Source of the DNA: an uncultured Planctomycetota bacterium
GTDB taxonomy: Bacteria; Planctomycetota; Planctomycetia; Isosphaerales; Isosphaeraceae
Length of the DNA: 64,000 nt
Direction: 5' to 3'
NCBI GenBank assembly: GCA_963823665.1
Contig: CAWGMQ010000011.1
Location: 544,001 to 608,000, forward strand
Shown here: positions 52,987-62,364 of the stretch, in pieces
Numbering within the stretch: position 1 is the stretch's first letter
How the letters are laid out: each line of letters starts with the position of its first letter
Notes under the pieces: model-generated
The model's database searches: none
The model's input: only the letters and a program-made list of their open reading frames with translations
Told to the model about the DNA's origin: nothing
Made by a program: the position numbers and the translations under genes

Positions 52987-54903
52987 CTACGGAGGAGGCT
53001 GGTGATAAGGCTGCCTGGACGCGTAGAGCTTCAATCGGGTGCGGTAATCCGCTTTCTCTACTTCCGTCGCGAGCGATGCGATCGCGTCTTCTTGTGACTT
53101 GACAGCCTGGTCGAACTGACCCGCTTCGGCGTAGGCGGCGGAAAGTGTGTCGAGGAAAGTTGCGTTCTTCCGCTGGGTCAACTCGCACGCTTTCTTCGCC
53201 GACTCGACGGCCTGACTGCCATTGCGGTACTTCGCGTCCGAACAGGTGGCCTGGAGCCAGGCACGGTTGTTCAGACTTTCGGGGTAACTGGGATCGAGGC
53301 GGATGGCCTCATTGTAATCGGCGATTGCCTTGCCGAATGCGCCCATACTCGCGTGCGCGACGCCGCGGTTGAGATACGCGGCGGCGTAATTCGGGTCGAT
53401 ACGAATGGCTTCGCTGTAGTCGTCAATTGCCTTTTTGCGCGCACCCATCTTCTCCGATGCGATGCCGCGGCAGTAGTGTGCTCTCGCGCACCTGGGATCG
53501 ATTCGAATGGCCTCGCTGAAATCGGCGATTGCCTTCGCCTCATCGGTCTTCTCATGCCACGCGCGACCCCGCCCAACGTAAGCGTCAACAAACGCGGGAT
53601 CGAGGCGGATGGCCTTCTCAAAATCAGCGATCGCTGTGTCGAGTTGTTTCCTGTCAAGCAAGATTTCGCCGCGATTTCGGTAGGCCAGGACGCCTTCCGG
53701 ATCGATACGAATGGCCTCGTTGAGGTCGGCGATCGCTCGATCGTCATCCTTGTTGAGCCGCCAGGCACAGCCGCGGTCGTTGTAGGCCATCGCGAAATCG
53801 GGTTTCAGGCGAATGGATTCGCTCAAGTCATCGACCGCCTTGACGTATTCCTTCTTCAGGATCCAGGCGTTACCGCGGTAGGCATAGGCCATAGAATCGC
53901 TGGGGTCGATGCGAATCGCGGAGTTGAAGTCATCGATGGCTTTCTCGCATTCCTTCTTCTGGCGCCACGCAAAGCCGCGGCAGGTGTAGGCGTTGGCGAG
54001 GCGAGGCTCGAGCTTGATTGCGTATGTACAGTCCTTGATTGCTTGATCGGGTTTGTGCAGGTCGATACAGACTGCGCCGCGCATGCAGTAGGCGATGGCG
54101 TACTTGGCGTCGAGCCGAATGGCATGATCGAAATCGCTGAGGGCCTTGGCGTGCTGCTTCTTCTCGTGCCACGCGGAGCCGCGTTGGAAATAGACGATGG
54201 CTTTGCTGGGATCGAGCCGGATCGCGCTGTTGTAGTCCGCAATGGCCTTGTCGTACTGTTTTTCGGCACTCCAGGTGTCACCACGATTGCAATAGGCCTC
54301 CGCAAGGGCCGGCCGCATTCGGATCGCCTCGTCATAATCGGCACGTGATTTGGCGAACTCCCCCTTCGCGTACAGGACCCTGGCGCGCTCGAAATAGAAC
54401 CAAACGCGATTCGGATTGAGCTCGATCGCTTTGGTGTAGTCAGAAAGGGCGAGGTCGATTTCGCTCTTGTCACGCCGAATGCAGGCGCGCACAGCGTAGG
54501 GGAACGGGTCGCGCGGATCCTTGGCGATCCGCGCGGTGAAGAATTCCACGGAACCGTCCACTGGGATCACATCATCGGCGTTGGCCCAGCCTTCCATGGT
54601 CCCGCTTTCGGATTTCAACCACAGCCAAAGGCCTTCCGCGCTCACAACCCGGTAGATCCGGACGTTCTCGCTAGGAGAAAACCGCGTCTTCCCCAGGCGG
54701 AATGTCAGCTCGCTGGATTTTTGCACGACCCTCTTGCCGACCATGTCCCTCGCGGGCTGGCCAGCGGCATCAGGCGGAAAGGACACAGCGGCGACTAAAC
54801 AGCTAACAGCCGTGATCGCCCGCAACTGGGCCCGAGCCCTCGGGCTGCAACTTCGATGTAGGGTTCGATTCAATCCGAGCTTTTGCAGTTTGCAACCGGA
54901 CAT
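52987..54903 (-). CDS. Exported TPR repeat protein
   Basis: Many AIADxxEAIRLDP repeats; NNRAWLQATC; start uncertain. Confidence 0.88.
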   Translation of the reverse strand: MSGCKLQKLGLNRTLHRSCSPRARAQLRAITAVSCLVAAVSFPPDAAGQPARDMVGKRVVQKSSELTFRLGKTRFSPSENVRIYRVVSAEGLWLWLKSESGTMEGWANADDVIPVDGSVEFFTARIAKDPRDPFPYAVRACIRRDKSEIDLALSDYTKAIELNPNRVWFYFERARVLYAKGEFAKSRADYDEAIRMRPALAEAYCNRGDTWSAEKQYDKAIADYNSAIRLDPSKAIVYFQRGSAWHEKKQHAKALSDFDHAIRLDAKYAIAYCMRGAVCIDLHKPDQAIKDCTYAIKLEPRLANAYTCRGFAWRQKKECEKAIDDFNSAIRIDPSDSMAYAYRGNAWILKKEYVKAVDDLSESIRLKPDFAMAYNDRGCAWRLNKDDDRAIADLNEAIRIDPEGVLAYRNRGEILLDRKQLDTAIADFEKAIRLDPAFVDAYVGRGRAWHEKTDEAKAIADFSEAIRIDPRCARAHYCRGIASEKMGARKKAIDDYSEAIRIDPNYAAAYLNRGVAHASMGAFGKAIADYNEAIRLDPSYPESLNNRAWLQATCSDAKYRNGSQAVESAKKACELTQRKNATFLDTLSAAYAEAGQFDQAVKSQEDAIASLATEVEKADYRTRLKLYASRQPYHQPPP

Positions 54904-55047
54904 TGCCGCGGTCTCCCGGGAGGCATCGCAAGTCCGCTTCGCCGAATAATAGCCATCGGTGTATGAAGATACGACGGAAGGCCCGGCGCGATCAAGGGGG
55001 TGTGATTCGCGGCGAACTAACTCTCGAGGCCCGAGTCAATCAGACGA

Positions 55048-56757
55048 CTAAGGGGGAAGCTGGCGGTAGGGCTGCCGGGAAGCGTAGAGCTTCAATCGGG
55101 TGCGGTAATCCGCTTTCTCCGCTTCTGTGGTGAGCAATGCGATCGCGTCTTCTTGTGACTTCACTGCCTGGTCGAATTGACCCGCTTCGGCGTAGGCGGC
55201 GGAAAGTGTGTCGATCAGAGATGCGATCTTCCACTCGGTCAAGCCGCACGCCTTTTTCGCTGATTGGACGGCCTCTTTGCCGTTGCGGATCCTGGCGTCG
55301 GGACACGTGGCCAGGAGCCACGCGCGGTTGTTGAGACTTTCGCCAGAGGTGGGATCGAGCCGGATGGCTTCGGCGTAATCGGCGAGTGCCTTGTGGTAGT
55401 CCAGCTTGTCTCGCCACGCGTCGCCGCGCGCACGGTAGGCGAGAGTATCCTGGGGATCGATGCGAATGGCAGCGCCAAAATCGGCGATTGCCCGGGTGAG
55501 CTCTTTGCTCTCGTGCCAGATGGCGCCGCGGTTGAGATAGGCAAGCTCGCAGTCGGGATCAATGCGGATTGCTTCGGAGAAGTCGTCGATCGCCTTGACA
55601 CGTTCGTTGATTGCTCGCCAGATGAGCCCGCGGCCGGCGAATGCCAGAGCGTTTGCGGGTTCGAATCGAATCGCGGTGTTCAAGTCTGCGAGTGCCTTGT
55701 CGAACTCATTCTTGGCCGCCCAGGCGCTGCCGCGGTCGATGTAAGCGATCGCCAGACGAGGATTGAGCTTGATGGCGTGGTTGAAGTCCTTGAAGGCTCC
55801 GTCAAGCTCATTGAGCTGCTGGCGGATGTAGCCGCGAGCGCTAAAGGCGAGCGCGTTTCTTGGATCAAGCCGGATGGCGTGGCTCATGTCGCCAAGGGCG
55901 CTGGGAAATTCTTTCTTGAGCCCCCGGACGCGGCCGCGGTTGAAGAACGAATCGCCACGGTTTGGATCGAGCTGGATCGCTCGGCTGTAGTCGGCGATCG
56001 CTCTGTCGTACTGGCGCTCGCTGCACCATGACTCGGCACGGCTCGAGTAGGCTTCGACGCTCTCGGGCCACCGAAGGATCAGCTCGTCGTAGTCTGCGCG
56101 AGCGCGAGCGTAGTTCTTCTTTGCAGTCCACACCCTGGCGCGCTGGAAGTAGAACCAGGCGCGCTCGGAATTGAGCTGGATTGCCTTGTTAAAATCGCGC
56201 AGGGCGAGGTCGACCTCGCCCTGATCATGACGGACGAGCGCTCGCCCGGCGTAGAGAAAGGGATCGCGTGCGTCGTTGGCGATCCGGGCCGTGAAGAACT
56301 TTGCGGCGTCTTCGACGGGGATCACATCATCCGCATCGGCCCAGCCTTCGATGACACCGTTCTCGGACTTCAGCCACAGCCTGGTACCGTCGGCACTGAC
56401 GACGTGATAGATCGGTACCTCGTCGCTATGGGAAAACCGCCTGTCCCCGCCATGCAGCATCAATTTGCCCGACTTCTGCACAACTCGCGAGCCGTCGGCG
56501 ATCTTGCCGGTCTGGGCGTGGGCCCCGGCCGCGACACACTGAGCGACCAACAGACAAATGATCGCCATGAGCACCCGAGCCGGCATCTTGTGCCATGACC
56601 TTCCCAGTCGAAACACAGCGTGATTCGACTGAGGCGCCGACCCACCGTAGAGGGCCATGCTACAATCTCCCGCGAGAGCACACCAACTCACAGGGCGGAA
56701 TCGCGATTCATCAGTGTATGATGATACGACCTTTAGCCCCACGACATCAAGTGGCAT
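55048..56757 (-). CDS. Exported TPR repeat protein (paralogue; real start probably near 56590-56660)
   Basis: Same architecture and near-identical C-terminus as 52987-54903. Confidence 0.85.
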   Translation of the reverse strand: MPLDVVGLKVVSSYTDESRFRPVSWCALAGDCSMALYGGSAPQSNHAVFRLGRSWHKMPARVLMAIICLLVAQCVAAGAHAQTGKIADGSRVVQKSGKLMLHGGDRRFSHSDEVPIYHVVSADGTRLWLKSENGVIEGWADADDVIPVEDAAKFFTARIANDARDPFLYAGRALVRHDQGEVDLALRDFNKAIQLNSERAWFYFQRARVWTAKKNYARARADYDELILRWPESVEAYSSRAESWCSERQYDRAIADYSRAIQLDPNRGDSFFNRGRVRGLKKEFPSALGDMSHAIRLDPRNALAFSARGYIRQQLNELDGAFKDFNHAIKLNPRLAIAYIDRGSAWAAKNEFDKALADLNTAIRFEPANALAFAGRGLIWRAINERVKAIDDFSEAIRIDPDCELAYLNRGAIWHESKELTRAIADFGAAIRIDPQDTLAYRARGDAWRDKLDYHKALADYAEAIRLDPTSGESLNNRAWLLATCPDARIRNGKEAVQSAKKACGLTEWKIASLIDTLSAAYAEAGQFDQAVKSQEDAIALLTTEAEKADYRTRLKLYASRQPYRQLPP

Positions 56758-56789
56758 GGTCTTGGCTGGAGTGAATTTCGAGGCGCACG

Positions 56790-57782
56790 CTACTTCGGCG
56801 CCTTTGGGTGCGCTGCCGTGGATTCAAAAAACTCCACCGTCCGCCTGATTCCCGGCAGCAAGTATCCGACGGATGAATAGTGTCCGCAGTCGTACCAGAG
56901 GATCGGGGGTTTGCCGGCGGCTTCCCAGAGCCGGCGGGTGCACTCCGGGGGCACGACCTCATCGACCTTGCCAGCAATCATGAGCATGCGCTTTCCGGCC
57001 AGGCCGGCCGCATAAGTGAGCGGGTCGAACGGGTCCGTCAGCTTTTTGAGGTCGGCCTTTGTGCGTCCGGATTCAATCCAGACTTTCCGGAAAGGCGCTC
57101 CTTCGGGCATTTCCCACAAGACCGTCGAGAGATCGCCGCCGGCCAGCAGGAATGCGCCGTCCTTGATTGCCGGGTCCACTCCGGCCACGAGCGCCGAGAC
57201 GATTCCGCCCAGGCTGATTCCGGAGACGCCCAGATGGGCAGGATCGACGCCGGGCTGGGCGGCGAGCCAGCAGCCGGCTCGGCGCACGTCGAGGACGGCC
57301 TGGCGCATGGCCGTCATCGTGCGCTCGATATCTGCCGAGACGAGGCGCTTCGAGGGAATTGCACGGTCGCGGCCGGGCGGCCGCCGCTCGCCGTAGTAGG
57401 GCAGCTTGACGAAGAGAGCCGCGATCCCGCGGTCGGCCATCCGCGCAGCCATGTAGCGCGAGAGCGGGAAATCGGCGCCCAGGATGTGCAGCACGATGAC
57501 GCCGGGACGGCCGGACGCGGTCCCGATCGGGGCAAAGAACTCGGCGTGGACGGTATTGTTCTCGATGTCGGGCGTTTCGACGAGCGACGGAAATCGCAGC
57601 TTGGCAACCGTGTAGCGAGAGGTCGAGAGCATCGGCTCGAGCTCGTAGCGGAACGTCGAGCCCTTCATGCGGAACTGCTCGGGCACCGACGATTCCTTCG
57701 CATCCGGCTGAAACGTGACTTCGCCTGTCTGGACGGGGCCAGCACTCAGACACAACACCATGGCGGCAAGAACGCTATTCAT
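56790..57782 (-). CDS. Secreted alpha/beta hydrolase
   Basis: Signal peptide, GISLGG, DEVVP, GH. Confidence 0.85.
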   Translation of the reverse strand: MNSVLAAMVLCLSAGPVQTGEVTFQPDAKESSVPEQFRMKGSTFRYELEPMLSTSRYTVAKLRFPSLVETPDIENNTVHAEFFAPIGTASGRPGVIVLHILGADFPLSRYMAARMADRGIAALFVKLPYYGERRPPGRDRAIPSKRLVSADIERTMTAMRQAVLDVRRAGCWLAAQPGVDPAHLGVSGISLGGIVSALVAGVDPAIKDGAFLLAGGDLSTVLWEMPEGAPFRKVWIESGRTKADLKKLTDPFDPLTYAAGLAGKRMLMIAGKVDEVVPPECTRRLWEAAGKPPILWYDCGHYSSVGYLLPGIRRTVEFFESTAAHPKAPK

Positions 57783-57971
57783 TGGTTATTGCCGCTTTCG
57801 GGTTGAGAACGGTGGATCATCGTGCACCTATCCGGCACATTTCTTCGGAATCCGCCTTATCCTTTGATCCAATCTCAGATAATCTGTCGGCCCGGATACC
57901 AGGCGGTGGCCCTGGCTAATCGGAAACCAGCACTGGCAGTGACATTGCCACTCAGAGAGCATGGAGCGGGC

Positions 57972-58018
57972 GGCACACGGAGTGTGCCTGCTACAGAGCA
58001 GCACTGGCGGAGCCAGTG
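57972..58018. repeat. Two REP-like GGA-triloop hairpins
   Basis: GGCACAC-GGA-GTGTGCC and CACTGGC-GGA-GCCAGTG. Confidence 0.6.
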
Positions 58019-58104
58019 ACACCCGGATCCATCTTCGATCGCACGAACCGGGCGCAGTTCATTATGCCGACTCTGCTGTGTCTGGGAAGGGAGATTCTCA
58101 CTCG

Positions 58105-59181
58105 ATGATCGAAGCGCAGCCGCGGCTAGCCCGGCTGGAACCGGCCCGAGTCTGCATCATCAAGCCAAGCTCACTTGGCGATGTGGTTCATGCTTTGCCG
58201 ATCCTGACGGCGCTCCGAGCCCGCTGGCCGTTGGCTCACATTTCGTGGGTGGTCAATCATCCCTTTCGCGAGGTGCTCGAAGGTCATCCGGCGCTTGACG
58301 AGCTGATTGTCCACGACCGATCAACCGAGCGTGCGGGGCCGCTCGGGATATCCGGCACGGGCGGGCTGTTCAGGAGGCTGGCTCAAGGCCGCTTCGACCT
58401 GACGATCGACCTGCAAGGGCTATTGCGATCGGGGCTGATGACTGCGGCCACGCGGGCGCACGTGCGCGTGGGAATGGCCGATGCGCGTGAGGGGGCTCGG
58501 TGGTTCTACACGGACCGCGTCGACGCATCGCGGCTACGGCTGCACGCGGTGGAGCGCGTGCGCCGCGTCGCCGCCGCCTTCGGGGCGAGCATGGCCGAGC
58601 CGCAGTTTGGCCTGACTGTCGCTACTGAGCACGCGGAATGGGCGAGACACGTGCTCGAACCCTTGCCGAGGCCCCGAATCGTGCTGAACCTCGGTGCGCA
58701 GTGGCTGACGAAACGCTGGCCTCCCGAGCATTTTGCCGAGATCGCGCGGCGCGCGGTTACGAGATACGGTGCGGGCTTGATCGCCGTGGGCTCGGCGTCG
58801 GATCGAGGGCTTGTCGAGGACCTCGTGCGACACGCGGCTCCGATTCCGATCCTCAACCTGTGCGGCCAAACGGGCCTGAATCAGCTCGCGGCAGTGATGA
58901 CGGCGTCGGACCTGCTGATCTCGAACGATACCGGCCCGTTGCACCTGGCTGCGGCGGCCGGGGCCCGGGTCGTGGGGATCTACACCTGCACGGACCCGGT
59001 TCTGACCGGTCCGTTCGGCCCGCGGGCGACCACGGTTCAAACGGCAGTCTGGTGCAAATGCAGCCTGATCAAAACGTGTCGTCGCATGGAATGTATGAGT
59101 GAGCTGACGCCTGACCGCGTTTGGCCGGTGGTGCAGCAACAGACCGAGCAGGCGATTAACGCGACCGCCCGCGCCGGTTGA
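58105..59181 (+). CDS. Glycosyltransferase family 9 (LPS heptosyltransferase-like)
   Basis: IIKPSSLGDVVH, DLQGLLRS, KRWPPEHF, SNDTGPLHLA. Confidence 0.9.
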   Translation: MIEAQPRLARLEPARVCIIKPSSLGDVVHALPILTALRARWPLAHISWVVNHPFREVLEGHPALDELIVHDRSTERAGPLGISGTGGLFRRLAQGRFDLTIDLQGLLRSGLMTAATRAHVRVGMADAREGARWFYTDRVDASRLRLHAVERVRRVAAAFGASMAEPQFGLTVATEHAEWARHVLEPLPRPRIVLNLGAQWLTKRWPPEHFAEIARRAVTRYGAGLIAVGSASDRGLVEDLVRHAAPIPILNLCGQTGLNQLAAVMTASDLLISNDTGPLHLAAAAGARVVGIYTCTDPVLTGPFGPRATTVQTAVWCKCSLIKTCRRMECMSELTPDRVWPVVQQQTEQAINATARAG

Positions 59182-59187
59182 GGTCGC

Positions 59188-61101
59188 TCAGGGCCGGGCC
59201 GGCACCGGGTCGATGCGAGGAGGCACCGCCCAGTTACCTGATAGATTTCCTGAGCGTAGTCTGTCGAACAGTGCCAGGATGCGATCGCCTGGGACCGCCA
59301 TGCAACCGTGCCCTCCCACCCGGGCGATCGTGATCCCAATCACCTTGCCAGAGAGGTCTACCAGCGGACCTCCGCACTCGTGGGGCCTCACCGCGGCCGC
59401 GTGCTCGAACACCACCGGAAAGTCGTCGCACCGGAAATTGGCGTCTCCAAATTCGCCCTCCGCGTGCAGGGGAACACGGATGCTAAGCGGTTTTCCCTCG
59501 TGGAGTAGCGCAACGGATACGGTGTCACCGGAGAACCGCCGCTGTGGCGTTGCGTCGGACTTGATCGGGCGGCCGTCGATCGTTTGGATTCTATCCCCGG
59601 CCCGGATCCCGGCCGCAAGCGAGCGGCCCCACGCGTGCTGGACCAGGACGCCCTCATTGGACTCGACGCCCAGGCTGAGCTCCAGCCTCGCCGCGCGGAC
59701 GCGCAGGGGCATCCGGCCTGGCGGCGGCTTCGCGTCATTGAGATCACGTCGCGCCACGCTGACGATGCCCACCGCCAGGGGGTCTCCGCCCGCGCCGACG
59801 GCGGCCACGAAGCTTCCCACCCCCGGCGTGGGGGCGTCGGACCAGGCCACTGGGGCGAGTTCGGCGGTATCTGGCACTCGGAGGAGGGCCAGGTCGAATG
59901 CCAGGTCGACTCCGACGACCTGCGGTCGCCCCACCGTGCCCCTGGGAAGCCGGCATGTCGGTTCGGGCGGTAGCTCGCTGGCCTTGGTGAGGATCCAACC
60001 GCCCGGCGCGACAACGGTGCCCAGGGCGACAGGGACGCCCTCGTTGAGGATCGTCACGACGGCGGCAGCCGACCGCGTCGTGATCGGCCGGAACGCCGCC
60101 AGCACAGAAGGGCCTTGCGACCAATCCGCGCCGGGCACCGGCCTCTCGCGGTGCAGCATCCAGATCTCCCGAGTGAGCGCGAAGTTGTCGCGCGCGTTCA
60201 TGACCGGGATCGGTAGCTCGCGGTTCAGCATCCGGGGCAGGAGTCGGCCGATCATCGGGCTCGCCAGGGTCGTCATCGGGCCAAACCCGGGTTGGCCGCA
60301 GCGCTGGGCGAGGTCCGGGTTCCCCGGCAGCAGGTCCAACAGGTCGGCGCTGCCATTGTGCGAGATGCCGACAAGGTCCCCTTCGAGGTTGAAGTAGGGG
60401 CCGCCCGAGTCGCCGCCCGAGATCGGGCAATCGGCGAGAAACCCATCGTCGACCCGCGCGACCACGCGGCCGGAGCGGACCACGGCCGGGCGGTCACGGC
60501 GGTGCCCCCAGGGATGACCCAACTTGAGCACCCACTCACCGTCTCCCACGACGGCGTCGGGCTTTAAGGGGACAAACGGATACGGACCCTTGCCGGTGAG
60601 GCGAACCAGCGCAAGGTCATGTCCGGGCATCGCGCCCATTAGCTCCGCGGGGCACGCGCGGCCATCGTGCAGGATGATCGTGGTCATTTCGCCTGGCCGA
60701 TGGCTACCGTCCTTGTCGCATGGGTCAAGGATCCCGGATGGGGTCAGCGCCGCGTGGCTTACGTGCCACTGCGTGAGCACAAGCCCCTCGGGGCTGATGA
60801 TCACACCGGAAGCGCCTTCGGCATAGCGGCCTCCCCGGAGTCGCTTCGCCTCCTCGGGGTTCATGACCGCGACGACGGCCGGCCGAACGGCCTCCGCCAC
60901 GCGACGGAACTTCGCCTCGAGCGCTCCCAGCGCCGGGATGTCGACGGGGATCGATTCGGGGTGGGTGGGGGCGTCGCCCGATGTTGACCCGATCCCCGCC
61001 GGCCGGCGAACCAGGCCGCGGGACCAAATCGGATAGGAGGCCGCCACGGCGATGGCGACCAGAGCGACCCACATTGCCTTCCTGGGTCTCAAGTTTTGCA
61101 C
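59188..61101 (-). CDS. Trypsin-like serine protease with tandem protease domains and PDZ
   Basis: LTQWHV, DLALV, GGDSGGP; second degenerate domain ECGGPLVD. Confidence 0.85.
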   Translation of the reverse strand: MQNLRPRKAMWVALVAIAVAASYPIWSRGLVRRPAGIGSTSGDAPTHPESIPVDIPALGALEAKFRRVAEAVRPAVVAVMNPEEAKRLRGGRYAEGASGVIISPEGLVLTQWHVSHAALTPSGILDPCDKDGSHRPGEMTTIILHDGRACPAELMGAMPGHDLALVRLTGKGPYPFVPLKPDAVVGDGEWVLKLGHPWGHRRDRPAVVRSGRVVARVDDGFLADCPISGGDSGGPYFNLEGDLVGISHNGSADLLDLLPGNPDLAQRCGQPGFGPMTTLASPMIGRLLPRMLNRELPIPVMNARDNFALTREIWMLHRERPVPGADWSQGPSVLAAFRPITTRSAAAVVTILNEGVPVALGTVVAPGGWILTKASELPPEPTCRLPRGTVGRPQVVGVDLAFDLALLRVPDTAELAPVAWSDAPTPGVGSFVAAVGAGGDPLAVGIVSVARRDLNDAKPPPGRMPLRVRAARLELSLGVESNEGVLVQHAWGRSLAAGIRAGDRIQTIDGRPIKSDATPQRRFSGDTVSVALLHEGKPLSIRVPLHAEGEFGDANFRCDDFPVVFEHAAAVRPHECGGPLVDLSGKVIGITIARVGGHGCMAVPGDRILALFDRLRSGNLSGNWAVPPRIDPVPARP

Positions 61102-61260
61102 CCCACGATGGACTCGCCATCGAACCGGCGTCTGTCCGGTACCGCACGGATTTGTTACCGCCGAGCTCGAATCGATTCTATCCGCGCCCGCATCGGCGCG
61201 GGAGTGAGTTGCGGGTACTCGCCATCGTGTTGCGGCGTGGGACCGTGGGGAGGGGAAAGA

Positions 61261-61279
61261 CCCTTCGCGGAGCGAAGGG
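61261..61279. repeat. REP-like hairpin CCCTTCGC-GGA-GCGAAGGG downstream of lptB
   Basis: Perfect 8-bp stem. Confidence 0.6.
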
Positions 61280-61294
61280 CGACACTGGCGGTTC

Positions 61295-62272
61295 TCAATC
61301 CCAATCCTCGTCGGCGGAATTGGAGCCGGAATGGTCCTGGTCGGGATCTATCGGCGACTCTTCGCTGTATTCGATGGTGTATTCCTCGAGCTGGCCGAGG
61401 AAAGCGTCGGTACTCACAGTCTGACCGGGCAGCATGAATGAGCGGTCGTTGAATTCGTCGAGATGGGCTTCCGGGACCGCGGGCTCGGGTGCAGGCTGAT
61501 CCGGATGCGGCAGTGATGCGGGCCGGCGGCGGTCGAGCAAGTGTCCGACGTCGAACCGCTCGCCGATGTAGCGCCTTCGAACGTCGGGGTTCTTGAGAAT
61601 CTGCTCGCGATTTCCGTAAGCAAACACGCGACCATCGCTGATCACGTAGCAGCGATCGGTGACCTCGAGGGTTTCTCGGAACTGGTGGTCGGTCAAGAGG
61701 ATGCCGATATTGTATTGTTCGACCAGGGCACGGATCTGGTCCTGGATCTCGGCGACCGTCTTGGGGTCGATGCCCGCGAACGGCTCGTCAAGCATGATCA
61801 TCTTGGGATCGTTGATAAGGGACCGCGCGATCTCCAGACGCCGGCGCTCGCCGCCGGAGACGCGGTTGGCCTTGGTTTTGCGGATCTTGGTGAGGCCAAA
61901 CTGGTCCAGCAGCTCGTTCTGGCGGTCTCTTTGCTGCTTCCGGCTCAAGTCGCGCCGGGTTTGCAGGATGGCCATCAAGTTGTCTTCAACCGACAACTGC
62001 CGGAAGACGCTGGTATCCTGCGCCAGATATCCCATGCCGGCCCGGGCCCGGAGGTACATCGGCAGCTTGGTGACATCGCGGTCGTCGAACATGACAGAGC
62101 CGCCGTCCGCATCGATCAAGCCGATCGTCATGCGGAAGCTCGTGGTCTTGCCCGCGCCGTTGGGCCCGAGGAGGCCCACGACCTCGCCACGCTCGACGTC
62201 GTAGTCGACCCCGCTCACCACCATGCGGCGGCCGTATGATTTTTGCAGACCGCGAACTTGCAAGAGGGGCAC
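61295..62272 (-). CDS. lptB: LPS export ABC transporter ATP-binding protein
   Basis: GLLGPNGAGKTTSF, SGGERRRLEIAR, LDEPFAGIDP, GILLTDH; acidic C-terminal extension. Confidence 0.92.
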   Translation of the reverse strand: MPLLQVRGLQKSYGRRMVVSGVDYDVERGEVVGLLGPNGAGKTTSFRMTIGLIDADGGSVMFDDRDVTKLPMYLRARAGMGYLAQDTSVFRQLSVEDNLMAILQTRRDLSRKQQRDRQNELLDQFGLTKIRKTKANRVSGGERRRLEIARSLINDPKMIMLDEPFAGIDPKTVAEIQDQIRALVEQYNIGILLTDHQFRETLEVTDRCYVISDGRVFAYGNREQILKNPDVRRRYIGERFDVGHLLDRRRPASLPHPDQPAPEPAVPEAHLDEFNDRSFMLPGQTVSTDAFLGQLEEYTIEYSEESPIDPDQDHSGSNSADEDWD

Positions 62273-62364
62273 GGCTCGATCCTCCTTGATCGCAGATTTA
62301 GCTCGGCGGGAGCCTCGCCTTCCCGGGCGGGAGCCCTGGGCTTCCCGGCGTCAGACGACGGCGG

